From IMG/VR virus record IMGVR_UViG_3300022178_000333, positions 1 to 33,168 of that record: a stretch of 33,168 bases of DNA; one strand, 5' to 3'. Origin of the DNA: a virus (taxonomy: Duplodnaviria > Caudoviricetes). A program made the position numbers and the translations under genes. Below are positions 1-9,588 of this stretch, piece by piece (position 1 is the first letter of the stretch; every line of letters begins with the position of its first letter). The notes below the pieces were generated by a model that was not told where the DNA came from, did no database searches, and saw only the letters and a list, made by a program, of their open reading frames with translations.

Positions 1-1100
1 AATTGCTTTACTTAATGATGCTCGACAATATGCAGCAAAATCTGGGCGTGAAGGCGAGGTTAGAACTCACTTTAATACGAATGCCTCTGCTGCAACAAAG
101 CGCAGGAATCTAGCAACAAAACGTGCTGAGGAATATAGAAACCTTAAACGCATTGAGCTAGGTCAAGGTGATCCAACAAGTCAGGCTGATCGTGAGATTG
201 TAGAAAAAGCTTTGGAACTTCAGTTATCGCCAGGTGTTTTGCTTTCTTCATTTTGGTCCAATCCAGAGCTAATGCAAACAAAGCAAGGCCAAGCAATACT
301 AAATGCTACTGGCAGTTTATCTGTAATGCCTCAATCTTTGCATGAGTCACTGTCTTCGTTTGCTAATGGTAATTTCTTAGGTGGAAGTCCTAGCGCTCTT
401 TTATCTCACTATACAAACTTTAGAGACTATGAGTACGGCGGAACAAGTATGCGGTCCGTCATGATGCAATCATTAGGTGAAGATCAAGTTGCAATGCTTG
501 ATTATCTAGCCGCTTCCGCTAGGGGCGGTATGGGTTCTGATCCAGAGTTTCTTGCAAGGGCATTTAAAGCTAAGTCTGAGTTTGAAAGTAACCCTGCATA
601 TAAAGAGCGTGTAGAGGCTTTCCTTGGCTCCTCGCTGTCAGACTACGTTTCTCAGATAGATGGCATTCAGGACGCGCCTCTGCAAGCCGTAGACGCAATG
701 AAGGCTGCTACTCTAGACCTCATGGGAATTTCCCAGCTTGGTGGGCTTAGTAAGTCAGCATTAACAGATACTTTAGAGCGACAACTAAAATCTAGATACC
801 CTAGTGGTGGTGGCATTGTAATTGGGCCTAATGGCGCTCTTAGAACATCAGCGCCTTTATCTTATGCTGCCCCAAGAAATGAAGACTTGCTTCAGGAATA
901 TATTATTGGAATGGTAACAGAAGCCGAGCCTGATGCAGAAAGACCAGAGTTTGGTGGTGATGTTGGAGCAATTGAGTTTACGGCTTCTGTTATTGCCGCA
1001 GGTAGAGTTCCATTATCAGGTAATATCTTCCTAAAACCTGTTGGGGTTCCAACGCAAGGATTGGTTCAGTACGCAGTATTTAGAAGAACTACCCCTGAGC
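1..1100. repeat. Imperfect terminal direct repeat, copy A (copy B at 32069-33168)
   Basis: aattgctttacttaatgatgctcg at 1 recurs at 32069, and both copies end with ...gaactacccctgagc. They are colinear with no indels but many substitutions. Confidence 0.97.
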
Positions 1101-1423
1101 AGGGCGGTTACAGGCAGATCAACACTATGGTTGATGTTGCTGGCATTAACGGAAAAATTGAAAGTGTTCCAGCGCCTTTGATCATTAGCAACCAAGACGA
1201 GAAGTTTTTGAAGATGGTAAGCTCTCGTAAAGCTAGGGAGGAATCTCAAGCAATTTATAGTGGAAAGCAAAAGTTTAATGCACCTAGACAAAAACTTACT
1301 TCATCTCTTTATGATGGGACTGTAATATCTGGTGGCGGCGGCGGTTTTGGTGGCGGCGGCGGTTTGTTTAGTCCTAGGGTTGGTACTATGATAGAAGATG
1401 GCCCTATAATGGTGCTTAACTAA
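2..1423 (+). CDS. C-terminal part of internal virion (ejection) protein, T7 gp15-position; continuation of the ORF starting at 30321
   Basis: The frame is open from position 2 and is in frame with the 30321 ORF through the terminal repeat. The joined ORF is about 1056 aa. The TTG start at 212 in the track is not the real start. Confidence 0.8.
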   Translation: MALLNDARQYAAKSGREGEVRTHFNTNASAATKRRNLATKRAEEYRNLKRIELGQGDPTSQADREIVEKALELQLSPGVLLSSFWSNPELMQTKQGQAILNATGSLSVMPQSLHESLSSFANGNFLGGSPSALLSHYTNFRDYEYGGTSMRSVMMQSLGEDQVAMLDYLAASARGGMGSDPEFLARAFKAKSEFESNPAYKERVEAFLGSSLSDYVSQIDGIQDAPLQAVDAMKAATLDLMGISQLGGLSKSALTDTLERQLKSRYPSGGGIVIGPNGALRTSAPLSYAAPRNEDLLQEYIIGMVTEAEPDAERPEFGGDVGAIEFTASVIAAGRVPLSGNIFLKPVGVPTQGLVQYAVFRRTTPEQGGYRQINTMVDVAGINGKIESVPAPLIISNQDEKFLKMVSSRKAREESQAIYSGKQKFNAPRQKLTSSLYDGTVISGGGGGFGGGGGLFSPRVGTMIEDGPIMVLN

Positions 1424-4400
1424 TGGCTAATAAATACAGTCCAGTATATTTCGAAAGGGATATTGTTAGTAGTCGCCCTTCCTTTGGGGAGACTGTATCT
1501 GCATCTGTTGGTTATAGCCTTGATCCTTTATTCGAAACAGTAGGTCAGACATTTAAGCACGGCATCCAGAAAGAAGCTGGATATAATGCAATGAAAGACT
1601 TAGGCGACTACGCTATTCATGCAGGGACATTAGCTCGTGCTGTTAGTCCAGATCATATGGCAAGTATGAAACGTGCTATTGATGAAAGCCAAGCAAGAAG
1701 GCAAGTGCTTGCTGACTCTACAATAGGCGCTCAGTTAGTTGCAGGTCTTCTTGATCCTGTTAATTTAATTGCTCTTCCTCTTGGTGGCCCTGTTGTTGGA
1801 GTGGGCAAATCAGCACTTCGTGTTGGTGTTGGGGTTGCTGCAGTTGAGACAGGAATAGAGCTAGGTTTAAGACAGCCATTTGATGCACTTCAAACTGCTG
1901 AAGAAAGCGCAATGAATGTTGTAACTGGTGCTTTGTTTGGTGCTGGTATTGGTGCTGCCTTTAGCGCCCCTATAACAGCTAAGGCTCGTGCGTATAATAA
2001 TACGCAAATAGCTTTAAAAGAAGAGTTTGATATGCTTCGTCGCATTGAAGACTTAGAAGGCTTAACTCAACAAGAAATACAAAATGTTGCTCCTCGTGCA
2101 GAACGAGAATTTGGTTTAGTTAGCGATGATGACTTGAATGCAACTATTGAAACTTTTGAGCGGCAAGCAGCAGAAACAGAAATGGAAGCAAACTCATATG
2201 CTGGGCGTCCTCAAGAGCAAGACTTCCGTGAACGTGTAGTAGAGTTTCGTGATTATGCAAAAGCATACAGGCATGAGAAAGCATTTAGAGAGTTAGAATC
2301 TCTAGGCGTTGATGTAAAAGACCCATATAAAATACTACCTTCTGCCTTTACTGACAGCATTTTCTACAAAGCAGTGTCGACACCAATGAAGCGAATACTG
2401 CAATCTAAGTATCCATCAGCAGTTAAAGAAAAATTTGTAAAATCATTTGGTGATAATGGAGTCGCCTTAGCTCTGAACTCTTTTGGATTGCCTACTCCTC
2501 AGTCAATTGCTATACGCAGCGCAGTTAGCAATGGCAATTGGGTGGCCGCTCATGACCAGATGGTTAAGTTATGGGCGTCTGATACAAACGCAGCCTTAAT
2601 AACACCTTTGGACATTAACGTATCTGATTTAGCAAGACGTGCCAGCCGTAGTGATGACACCTATAGAGGGTGGTTAACTAGGGTGAGTGAAAAAAGAATT
2701 AAGAATGTAACTGATTTAACTGACAATGAAGCAAAAGCTGTTGGTATTATTGATAATTACTTTCGCAATGCTGAAAAGCGACTTGAAGAGGTTGGTCTTA
2801 TTGGAACCAGCAAAGGCATTGATCGCAAGATTCAACAGCTTGAAGCAGAAATTGCTGATCTTAATACTAGGTTGGCAGGTGCTAAGTTGAAAACAACTAG
2901 GCGTGGTAAAGTCGAAGCTATGATGTTAGATAATCGCTTGTCTTTACTGGGAGAAAGAATTGCAGAAGAAAGAACAACTAAGCTTGCGTTAGAGGACGTA
3001 AAGATAAATGCTGAAAATCAGGATATGTTCTTCCCTCGCTTCTGGGACAACTCAGCTATTAAAGCTAATCGTCAAGAGTTCTCTGACATTCTGTTTAACT
3101 GGTATCAGAACAATCCGTATATTTATGAGAAGAATGCAAAGACTGCAGAGTTTGAACAGGTTATGTTATCTGTTGACCCTGAGAACATACAGAAAAGAGT
3201 AGATAAAAGTATAGCTACAATTCTTGGCGAGCAAGACCCAACTAATGTAGATAACATTGGATTTGGATACGGACGCTCTAAGCATTTTCGGCATCGCAAA
3301 ATAGACATACCTAATAAGCTTGTAACTAAGTTTATGATGACTGACCCGCTTGCAGTTATGAAAACATACGCTGCTCGCATTGAGCCTCGCTATGAATACG
3401 CAAAGATGTTTGGCAAGGACATTGATGGTGTTTTGTTAGATATAGAATCAGAAATGATAGCCAAAGGCTTTTCAACTGATGATATAAATAAAGTGCGCCG
3501 TGATTACATGCACATGTATGATCGCATTGCAGGTGCAGTTATTCGCAACCCTGATGCTTTGAGCCAGAAGGCTGCGTTTGTTCTTCGTGAAGCCGCTTCA
3601 TTTAGTTACATGGGTTCGGCGGGTTTGGCTGCGCTTCCTGACTTTGGTCGCATTGTTATGGAATATGACCTTGATAATGTAGTTAAAGGCACTCAAGCGT
3701 TAATGGAAAAAAACTCTATTAACATGACGGTGAATGAAACTAGACTTGCTGGTGAAGCAATCGATATTCTTCGCGGCTCTGCTCACATGAGAATGGTAGA
3801 AGACCTGTCTAATAATGTAGACGCTAACGATCTTCTTAGCAGCGCAAGGAATGCCTTTTACATTCTTAATGGTCTAGCACCCATGACTGGTATTGCTAAA
3901 CAACTTGCTGGCATCATCGACGCCCACACCATCATTGATTACTCCATCAAGCGAGGACGTGGCGAACTAGACGAGCAATCAATTACTTGGCTATCGAAGT
4001 ATGGCATAGGTGAAGAGGATTCTAAGCTTATTGCTAATGCTCCTTGGAGACAGCTTGATAATGGTTTGTATGCAGCAAACACTGATGAATGGTTAGATAA
4101 CTTTACCTTCCCTCAGACTGACGCTCGGATAGTAACCATTAATCCAGATGGGTCTCCTGTTGGAAAGCAAGTGGGCGATAGATACATACCTGCTTTCTAC
4201 GATGGCAAAACTATTTTTGCTGACATAGATTACATTGAAGGCGCAATGTATCAGGAGAAAGCTTGGACTAAGCCAAAGGTTGAGGGGGTAAAGCCTCTTG
4301 CAGAAAATGCTTTTAAAACCCCTAGAGCTTGGTCTAACTTTATTATGCTGCATGAAATTGCTCATACAAACTTTGCTCAAAAAGCTGGTGAAAGCAAAGC

Positions 4401-5172
4401 GCAATATGAAAATAGAATTAATGATATTGCTATGGAGCAGCACAAAGCTCAATCATCTATAAATGAAGAGACAGTTTTAAAGTTTCGCAGTGCCTTAAAT
4501 AGCGGTGTTCTCAATACTATTATGTCTGGAACTCCAGCAGATAAGCCAATCATTACTGATGGTGTTGCTTATGTTCCTATGAGCGTTGCATCTAAATTCG
4601 GAATGGTAGAAGACCCAAAGGTACGTGGCTATGCTCGCATAGAAAACGGACTAATGGGATTACCGTTTCAGTTCTATAGTTACACACTAGCCAACATAAA
4701 CAAAACAGTAGCTACACTGGCGCAAGGTCAAATTAAGAATAGAGCTATTGGCATAGGCACTTCTATGGGTCTTGCTTACTTGTCTCTGAAGCTAAGAACT
4801 CCTGACTTTGTTTGGGAGGACATGTCTGCTCAAGATAAGTTTGCAAGAAGCTTTGATATGAGTGGCGTAATGGCTCTCTATTCAGACTTATTCTATACTT
4901 CTATGCACACTTCACTTGCGCTAGGCGGTCCCAACATCACAGGTGGAATACTTGCACCTAAGTTTCCACAAGACCCTAGTGCAATGGATGCTGTTACAGG
5001 GCTTGCTGGTGCTGGTCCTTCTTGGGCTGCTGATGTAGGCGGTGGCATGTATCAGTTTGCTAATGGTGAGTATGGTGAGGGCGCTAAAACAATAGCAAGA
5101 AATGCTCCGTTTGCTCGTCTTTGGTTTTTAAAGGATGATATAAACCAGATTACACGCGCTTGGGCGCAGTAG
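1423..5172 (+). CDS. Large internal virion/DNA-ejection protein (T7 gp16-position) containing an HEXXH motif
   Basis: 1249 aa, helical, with Gly/Ala hydrophobic stretches. It is the last of three internal virion genes before the tail fibre, with a TAATG overlap to the upstream gene. Confidence 0.75.
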   Translation: MANKYSPVYFERDIVSSRPSFGETVSASVGYSLDPLFETVGQTFKHGIQKEAGYNAMKDLGDYAIHAGTLARAVSPDHMASMKRAIDESQARRQVLADSTIGAQLVAGLLDPVNLIALPLGGPVVGVGKSALRVGVGVAAVETGIELGLRQPFDALQTAEESAMNVVTGALFGAGIGAAFSAPITAKARAYNNTQIALKEEFDMLRRIEDLEGLTQQEIQNVAPRAEREFGLVSDDDLNATIETFERQAAETEMEANSYAGRPQEQDFRERVVEFRDYAKAYRHEKAFRELESLGVDVKDPYKILPSAFTDSIFYKAVSTPMKRILQSKYPSAVKEKFVKSFGDNGVALALNSFGLPTPQSIAIRSAVSNGNWVAAHDQMVKLWASDTNAALITPLDINVSDLARRASRSDDTYRGWLTRVSEKRIKNVTDLTDNEAKAVGIIDNYFRNAEKRLEEVGLIGTSKGIDRKIQQLEAEIADLNTRLAGAKLKTTRRGKVEAMMLDNRLSLLGERIAEERTTKLALEDVKINAENQDMFFPRFWDNSAIKANRQEFSDILFNWYQNNPYIYEKNAKTAEFEQVMLSVDPENIQKRVDKSIATILGEQDPTNVDNIGFGYGRSKHFRHRKIDIPNKLVTKFMMTDPLAVMKTYAARIEPRYEYAKMFGKDIDGVLLDIESEMIAKGFSTDDINKVRRDYMHMYDRIAGAVIRNPDALSQKAAFVLREAASFSYMGSAGLAALPDFGRIVMEYDLDNVVKGTQALMEKNSINMTVNETRLAGEAIDILRGSAHMRMVEDLSNNVDANDLLSSARNAFYILNGLAPMTGIAKQLAGIIDAHTIIDYSIKRGRGELDEQSITWLSKYGIGEEDSKLIANAPWRQLDNGLYAANTDEWLDNFTFPQTDARIVTINPDGSPVGKQVGDRYIPAFYDGKTIFADIDYIEGAMYQEKAWTKPKVEGVKPLAENAFKTPRAWSNFIMLHEIAHTNFAQKAGESKAQYENRINDIAMEQHKAQSSINEETVLKFRSALNSGVLNTIMSGTPADKPIITDGVAYVPMSVASKFGMVEDPKVRGYARIENGLMGLPFQFYSYTLANINKTVATLAQGQIKNRAIGIGTSMGLAYLSLKLRTPDFVWEDMSAQDKFARSFDMSGVMALYSDLFYTSMHTSLALGGPNITGGILAPKFPQDPSAMDAVTGLAGAGPSWAADVGGGMYQFANGEYGEGAKTIARNAPFARLWFLKDDINQITRAWAQ

Positions 5173-5186
5173 TTTGTCCTAGATTA

Positions 5187-5197
5187 TTTGTGCATTG
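5187..5197 (+). promoter_or_regulatory. Late promoter box TTTGTGCATTG
   Basis: Identical 11-mer at 18554 and 22540, with a 1-mismatch copy at 25774. It lies 45 nt before the tail-fibre ATG. Confidence 0.7.
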
Positions 5198-5242
5198 CTC
5201 TTCTTTGCTTGCTTGTGAGAGAAGAGAACAAAGAGGTGAACC

Positions 5243-7744
5243 ATGACAATAGACATTTCTGCCAACAATCCGCGCATTAGTTACTCAGTTGCTGCTGGTG
5301 TAACTCAGACATCTTTTACTGTGCCTTTTGAGTTCTTTGATGACTCAGATCTTAATGTTTATATCGACACCACCCTGCAAACTATTACTACTAACTACAC
5401 AGTAGCAGGTGGGGCTGGCTCCACAGGGACCATCACCATGTCTGTGACCGGCCCTAAGACTGTTATCCTTACTCGTGACACTACGATTGAGCGCACAACA
5501 GACTTTACTGCTGGCGTAGATATTAATCGCGCTGCATTGAATACACAGCTAGATACTCTCACTGCTATCTCTGCTGATAATAAAGACCTTGGAGAGCGGT
5601 CTATTCGGATTACTGACTATGACCCTGCGGCAGCTAACTTGCTGCTTCCTGACGCTGCTACACGCGCTGACAAGCTCCTTAGCTTTGACACCGAAGGCGA
5701 TGTCCAAGTGCAAGCTGCTGCTGACTTACTAACAGGCAGCGTTCTTGGAGCTAACTACACTAAAGCAAGCTATACTGGTGACGGAACTCAGACTGCATAT
5801 TCTACTGTAGAGAGTGCTGGGTCTAAGAATAACATTCAAGTGTATGTAGATGGCGTTTATCAAAACAAAGCTACGTTTTCTATTAGCGGCGCTACGCTGA
5901 CATTCACGGAAGCCCCACCCTTAAACTCTGCAATTGAGTTTATTGTGGGTAATGCTGTTACTTCGATTACTGGTGATGCCTCTGCGATTATTTACAATCA
6001 AGGCGGCACTGGCGCACAGGACAGAACACTAACAAACAGGTTGCAAGATACTGTATCTGTTAAAGACTTCGGTGCTATCGGTGATGGCGCAGCAAACGAC
6101 AGACCAGCTATTGCCGCTGCAATTGCATCAGGTGCAAAGGAAATCTATTTCCCATCTGGCACATATTACAAAGCAGGAACTGGTGCCGGACAAGGTATTA
6201 CGGTTCCTACTGGAGTAAAATTAACTGGTGAAAAAGGTGCAACGATTAAGCCAGAAGGCTACCCAGTATTTAGACTTTCTGAAAATTGTGAAGTTGAAAG
6301 TTTAAAGTTTGACAGTAGTGAAGGCGAAATAAACGCTGTTAAAAAAGTTAGCATTGTTCTCGAAATTTATGCAGATGACATCACAGTTACGAATTGTTCT
6401 TTTGAGGGTGGCAATCAAGTAATTTATATTTACACAGCGAATCGCCTTACTGTTGATGGATGTTACTTTACTGGTTGTGGTTATCAGGTCTTACAAAAAA
6501 CTGGATTTACATCTAATAACGGTCGAGTTCTTGATTGTGTTTCTGTAGACTGCACCACTGACTTTGTTGAACTTAACTCAACTGCGACTAACCCCTGCAC
6601 TAACTGGCTTATTAGTGGTAACACTGTCAAAAATATTGGGACTTCTAGTGGCACTCTAAAAACAGAAAGTCGTTTTGTAGGTGCAACTGCAACCAAGAAC
6701 ATCGTTATTACAAACAACTTGGTTGAGGGTGTGGCTGGCGACAGTATGCTTCACTTCGAGAGTGCATCTGGTGACATTATTGTTTCTAACAATACTTTTG
6801 TTGATCCCCATGGAAGCAATGGCAAGCTATGGTTTTTTACCAATAGTTCTAATGTTCAATCGTTTCATTTTGAAAGCAACATTGTTCGTTTTACTTCAGG
6901 TTATTCCTTGTATGCAACTGAGGGTGAAAAAGTTACCTATATGCAAGGTAACGATGATAGCCGACCAATGATTACAAACAACTCATTTATCAATGAAAGC
7001 TCAGAAACTCTGCGGCTTTTTACTGTGAGCGACACAGAAGACGTATTGATTATGAGTAATCGTATCGTAGGTTTTGATACTGTTCTTTCAAGTAGTATTG
7101 GCGCTTCTGGGTCGGCTCCCTACAATCGTCGTCTTGTGAATTTTCAGCAGAATATTGTTGAAGATATTGCTACAGCTGTTTGCATCATTGGTAATGGTGG
7201 CACTAGTCAGCGTCACTATGGTTATTACATTGATAACAATGCCTTTGATAACTGTGATGAAGTGTTTACTGTAGCTGCTGATAATGCTGTTCCTCTTAGC
7301 CTTACCAACAACCGTTGTCGTAATGGGACAAACATTAATGAAGGTTTGGTTATTGGTAACTTAGTCGCAACACAAGCTGTTTACGGCAACGCAGTAGAGA
7401 GTGATGCAACAACTACCCTTTCTAATGCTGCAAGTTACACTACTGGAACTAAGACAATATTTACGGGTCAGCCTTATCGCAGTTATTACATTAAAGTAAA
7501 AACTTCTGACGGCTCTCTTTCCAGCAATAACAGTTCTGCTGAAGTTGTAAGGATTGACTACAACAGCCCTATAGACATTGATCTTACCAGTATTTCAACA
7601 AGTAATTCTGGAACTGGTGGTTCGTCAGCTAACTTTACCTTGTCAATGTCAGGCAACAATCTTCAGTTTACGGCTGGTGCGGCAAGAACTGTCCAAGTTT
7701 CCATTGTTGGTAGTGTTCTGCCACAAAACACCACATTAACATAG
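5243..7744 (+). CDS. Tail fibre/tailspike: T7 gp17-like N-terminal anchor plus pectate-lyase-like beta-helix
   Basis: N-terminal 'TSFTVPFEFF..DLNVY...LTRDT' anchor pattern; 'VSVKDFGAIGDG..ND' beta-helix start; Asn/Thr-rich 'ISGN/ITNN/VSNN' repeats. Confidence 0.88.
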   Translation: MTIDISANNPRISYSVAAGVTQTSFTVPFEFFDDSDLNVYIDTTLQTITTNYTVAGGAGSTGTITMSVTGPKTVILTRDTTIERTTDFTAGVDINRAALNTQLDTLTAISADNKDLGERSIRITDYDPAAANLLLPDAATRADKLLSFDTEGDVQVQAAADLLTGSVLGANYTKASYTGDGTQTAYSTVESAGSKNNIQVYVDGVYQNKATFSISGATLTFTEAPPLNSAIEFIVGNAVTSITGDASAIIYNQGGTGAQDRTLTNRLQDTVSVKDFGAIGDGAANDRPAIAAAIASGAKEIYFPSGTYYKAGTGAGQGITVPTGVKLTGEKGATIKPEGYPVFRLSENCEVESLKFDSSEGEINAVKKVSIVLEIYADDITVTNCSFEGGNQVIYIYTANRLTVDGCYFTGCGYQVLQKTGFTSNNGRVLDCVSVDCTTDFVELNSTATNPCTNWLISGNTVKNIGTSSGTLKTESRFVGATATKNIVITNNLVEGVAGDSMLHFESASGDIIVSNNTFVDPHGSNGKLWFFTNSSNVQSFHFESNIVRFTSGYSLYATEGEKVTYMQGNDDSRPMITNNSFINESSETLRLFTVSDTEDVLIMSNRIVGFDTVLSSSIGASGSAPYNRRLVNFQQNIVEDIATAVCIIGNGGTSQRHYGYYIDNNAFDNCDEVFTVAADNAVPLSLTNNRCRNGTNINEGLVIGNLVATQAVYGNAVESDATTTLSNAASYTTGTKTIFTGQPYRSYYIKVKTSDGSLSSNNSSAEVVRIDYNSPIDIDLTSISTSNSGTGGSSANFTLSMSGNNLQFTAGAARTVQVSIVGSVLPQNTTLT

Positions 7745-7753
7745 GGGATCATC

Positions 7754-8497
7754 ATGGCTCTTACAAAAGCACATAACCGAATGATCGCAGGATCGCCAGT
7801 CAATGTAAAAGACTTTGGTGCTGTTGGCGATGGCGTAGCTGATGACACTTCTGCATTTACAGCGGCTAATACTGCATCTGGTGTGGCTTCTGTATTTGTT
7901 CCTGCTGGAACATATGTAATTACAGGCACAGTTACAGGTAACTTTTTTACATTTGGGGATGTTACTATTTCAAGTGGTACTGTAAACAGTATTACACAAA
8001 TCTCCCCTGCAATTACTCAATTATCTGCTGGCGCTGGTATCTCACCAGTTACAAATTCAATATTTAAAACATCTACAGTTGCTAACAATAATATAGTTAC
8101 AACAACAATTTTACTAGACTTGACTGGTTTGCAATCTGGTGGAACTGCTGGTGATATTATAGGTAAAAATGGTTCAGGCGCAGCTTATCTTGGACAGATT
8201 ACAGCAGCAAATAACGGAACAATTCTAGGTGTTTCAATGACCTGCTTAGAAGCCCCCGTAGGAGGGGATGCTGATATTGATTTGTATTCTGCTAATGAAG
8301 CTACGGGTGTTGAGGATACAGCTATTTCAGCTTTGACTGAAACTCAAGTTATAAATAGTGGAACATTTTCTGTAGGTACAATTGCTAGAGGTAATACAAT
8401 AGCAGCTAATCAGTATTTATATTTAGTTGGTCAAGGAACATCAAACGCAGCCTATAGTGCAGGTCGTTTACTAATAGTAATTACTGGATACTTGTGA
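7754..8497 (+). CDS. Second tailspike/fibre-like protein
   Basis: 'VNVKDFGAVGDGVADDTSAF..A...VFVPAGTY' pectate_lyase_3-type N-terminus; beta-rich Gly/Thr/Ser composition. Confidence 0.7.
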   Translation: MALTKAHNRMIAGSPVNVKDFGAVGDGVADDTSAFTAANTASGVASVFVPAGTYVITGTVTGNFFTFGDVTISSGTVNSITQISPAITQLSAGAGISPVTNSIFKTSTVANNNIVTTTILLDLTGLQSGGTAGDIIGKNGSGAAYLGQITAANNGTILGVSMTCLEAPVGGDADIDLYSANEATGVEDTAISALTETQVINSGTFSVGTIARGNTIAANQYLYLVGQGTSNAAYSAGRLLIVITGYL

Positions 8498-8505
8498 GGT
8501 AGAAC

Positions 8506-9123
8506 ATGACAATCAAACAACACGGTGGAATCTTTGGTCGCAACCCTTCGTTCAATACCTTAGATACAACAACAGTTACCGCATCTGGAAATATAACTTC
8601 GTCTGCTGGTAACATCATTATTAGCACATCAGGCAAAGGCATCGACTTTTCTGCCACCTCTGGCGCTGGCATAAGTGAACTATTCAATGACTATGAACAG
8701 GGTATCTTCACCCCAACACTAACAACAAGTGGAACTGACTTTTCCAGTGTTACTTATGACGGATTTACTGGTGGTAAATACGTTAAGGTCGGTAATCTTG
8801 TCACCGTATATGGCACAGTAAGGACTGATGCTGTTACTGTTGGCTCTGCAAGTGGTGCTGTCTGTATTGGTAGTTTACCATTTACCTCGGCTGCTCAAAC
8901 TGGAGCAACTAGAGACGGAAGCTGTCCCGCAGCTATATCTGATGCAACTACTTGGGGTTCTGATGTTCCTTGTGCTGGTCAAGGTTCTCCTAATTCTACT
9001 CTTTTACTTCTATATAAAAGAGCTTCTATAACTGGCAATATGTCTGTTGTTGCTCCAGCAGATGTTGCAACTGGTGCTAACTCAAACCGTATTGCCTTTT
9101 CAATGACATACGCATCAGCATAA
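8506..9123 (+). CDS. Tail fibre-associated protein
   Basis: 'GKGIDFSATS...NDYEQG.FTP...GKYVKVGNLV' pattern typical of marine phage fibre tips. Confidence 0.65.
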   Translation: MTIKQHGGIFGRNPSFNTLDTTTVTASGNITSSAGNIIISTSGKGIDFSATSGAGISELFNDYEQGIFTPTLTTSGTDFSSVTYDGFTGGKYVKVGNLVTVYGTVRTDAVTVGSASGAVCIGSLPFTSAAQTGATRDGSCPAAISDATTWGSDVPCAGQGSPNSTLLLLYKRASITGNMSVVAPADVATGANSNRIAFSMTYASA

Positions 9124-9133
9124 GGATTTAAAA

Positions 9134-9385
9134 ATGGCTCTTACTAAAACAACTATCAACGATAAGATTGAGGTTCTTACCCTCGCAGCAGGATACCCTG
9201 TTGTGCAGGTACGGAAAGCAACAATCATTGAAGAGAATGACGATGAACTATCACGAAACTTCCACCGTCATGTGATAACGCCTGATGCTGATCTCTCAGC
9301 AGAGGATGCTGACGTTGCAGCCATTGCTGGCACAGTATTCACAGATGAGGCTAAGGCTGCGTATGCTGCCTCTCAAGAGGACTAA
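9134..9385 (+). CDS. Small tail-fibre-associated protein (possible chaperone)
   Basis: SD aagga; 'VQVRKATII...FHRHVI.PDADLSAED' type; position after the fibre gene. Confidence 0.55.
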   Translation: MALTKTTINDKIEVLTLAAGYPVVQVRKATIIEENDDELSRNFHRHVITPDADLSAEDADVAAIAGTVFTDEAKAAYAASQED

Positions 9386-9389
9386 GTAA

Positions 9390-9584
9390 ATGGATAAGCG
9401 CACAGTATCTTCCGCGCATTTACGGATAGATGGATTGGAAAAGGATGTGATAGCACTTCAAACAGAGGTTCGTATTCAGTTTAAAGAGGTGTTTACTCGC
9501 ATTAAAAGAATTGAAGCAATCTTGCTGTCTGCTTCTGGTGCTACAATCTTAATGCTGATTGCGATCTTAACTAAGATGGGATGA
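9390..9584 (+). CDS. Small coiled-coil protein with C-terminal TM helix
   Basis: Heptad-like N-terminus followed by hydrophobic 'AILLSASGATILMLIAILT'. Confidence 0.6.
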   Translation: MDKRTVSSAHLRIDGLEKDVIALQTEVRIQFKEVFTRIKRIEAILLSASGATILMLIAILTKMG

Positions 9585-9588
9585 TGAC

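Noticed and set aside
1-1100. Diversity-generating retroelement TR/VR pair (the structural genes are BPP-1-like)
   Set aside because: Differences are not confined to adenines (e.g. cta/tta, ctt/ctc, tcg/ccg), the repeat is far longer than a typical TR, and no reverse transcriptase is present.
212-1423. Stand-alone 403-aa gene starting at TTG 212
   Set aside because: The frame is open upstream to the window edge and joins the ORF that starts at 30321.
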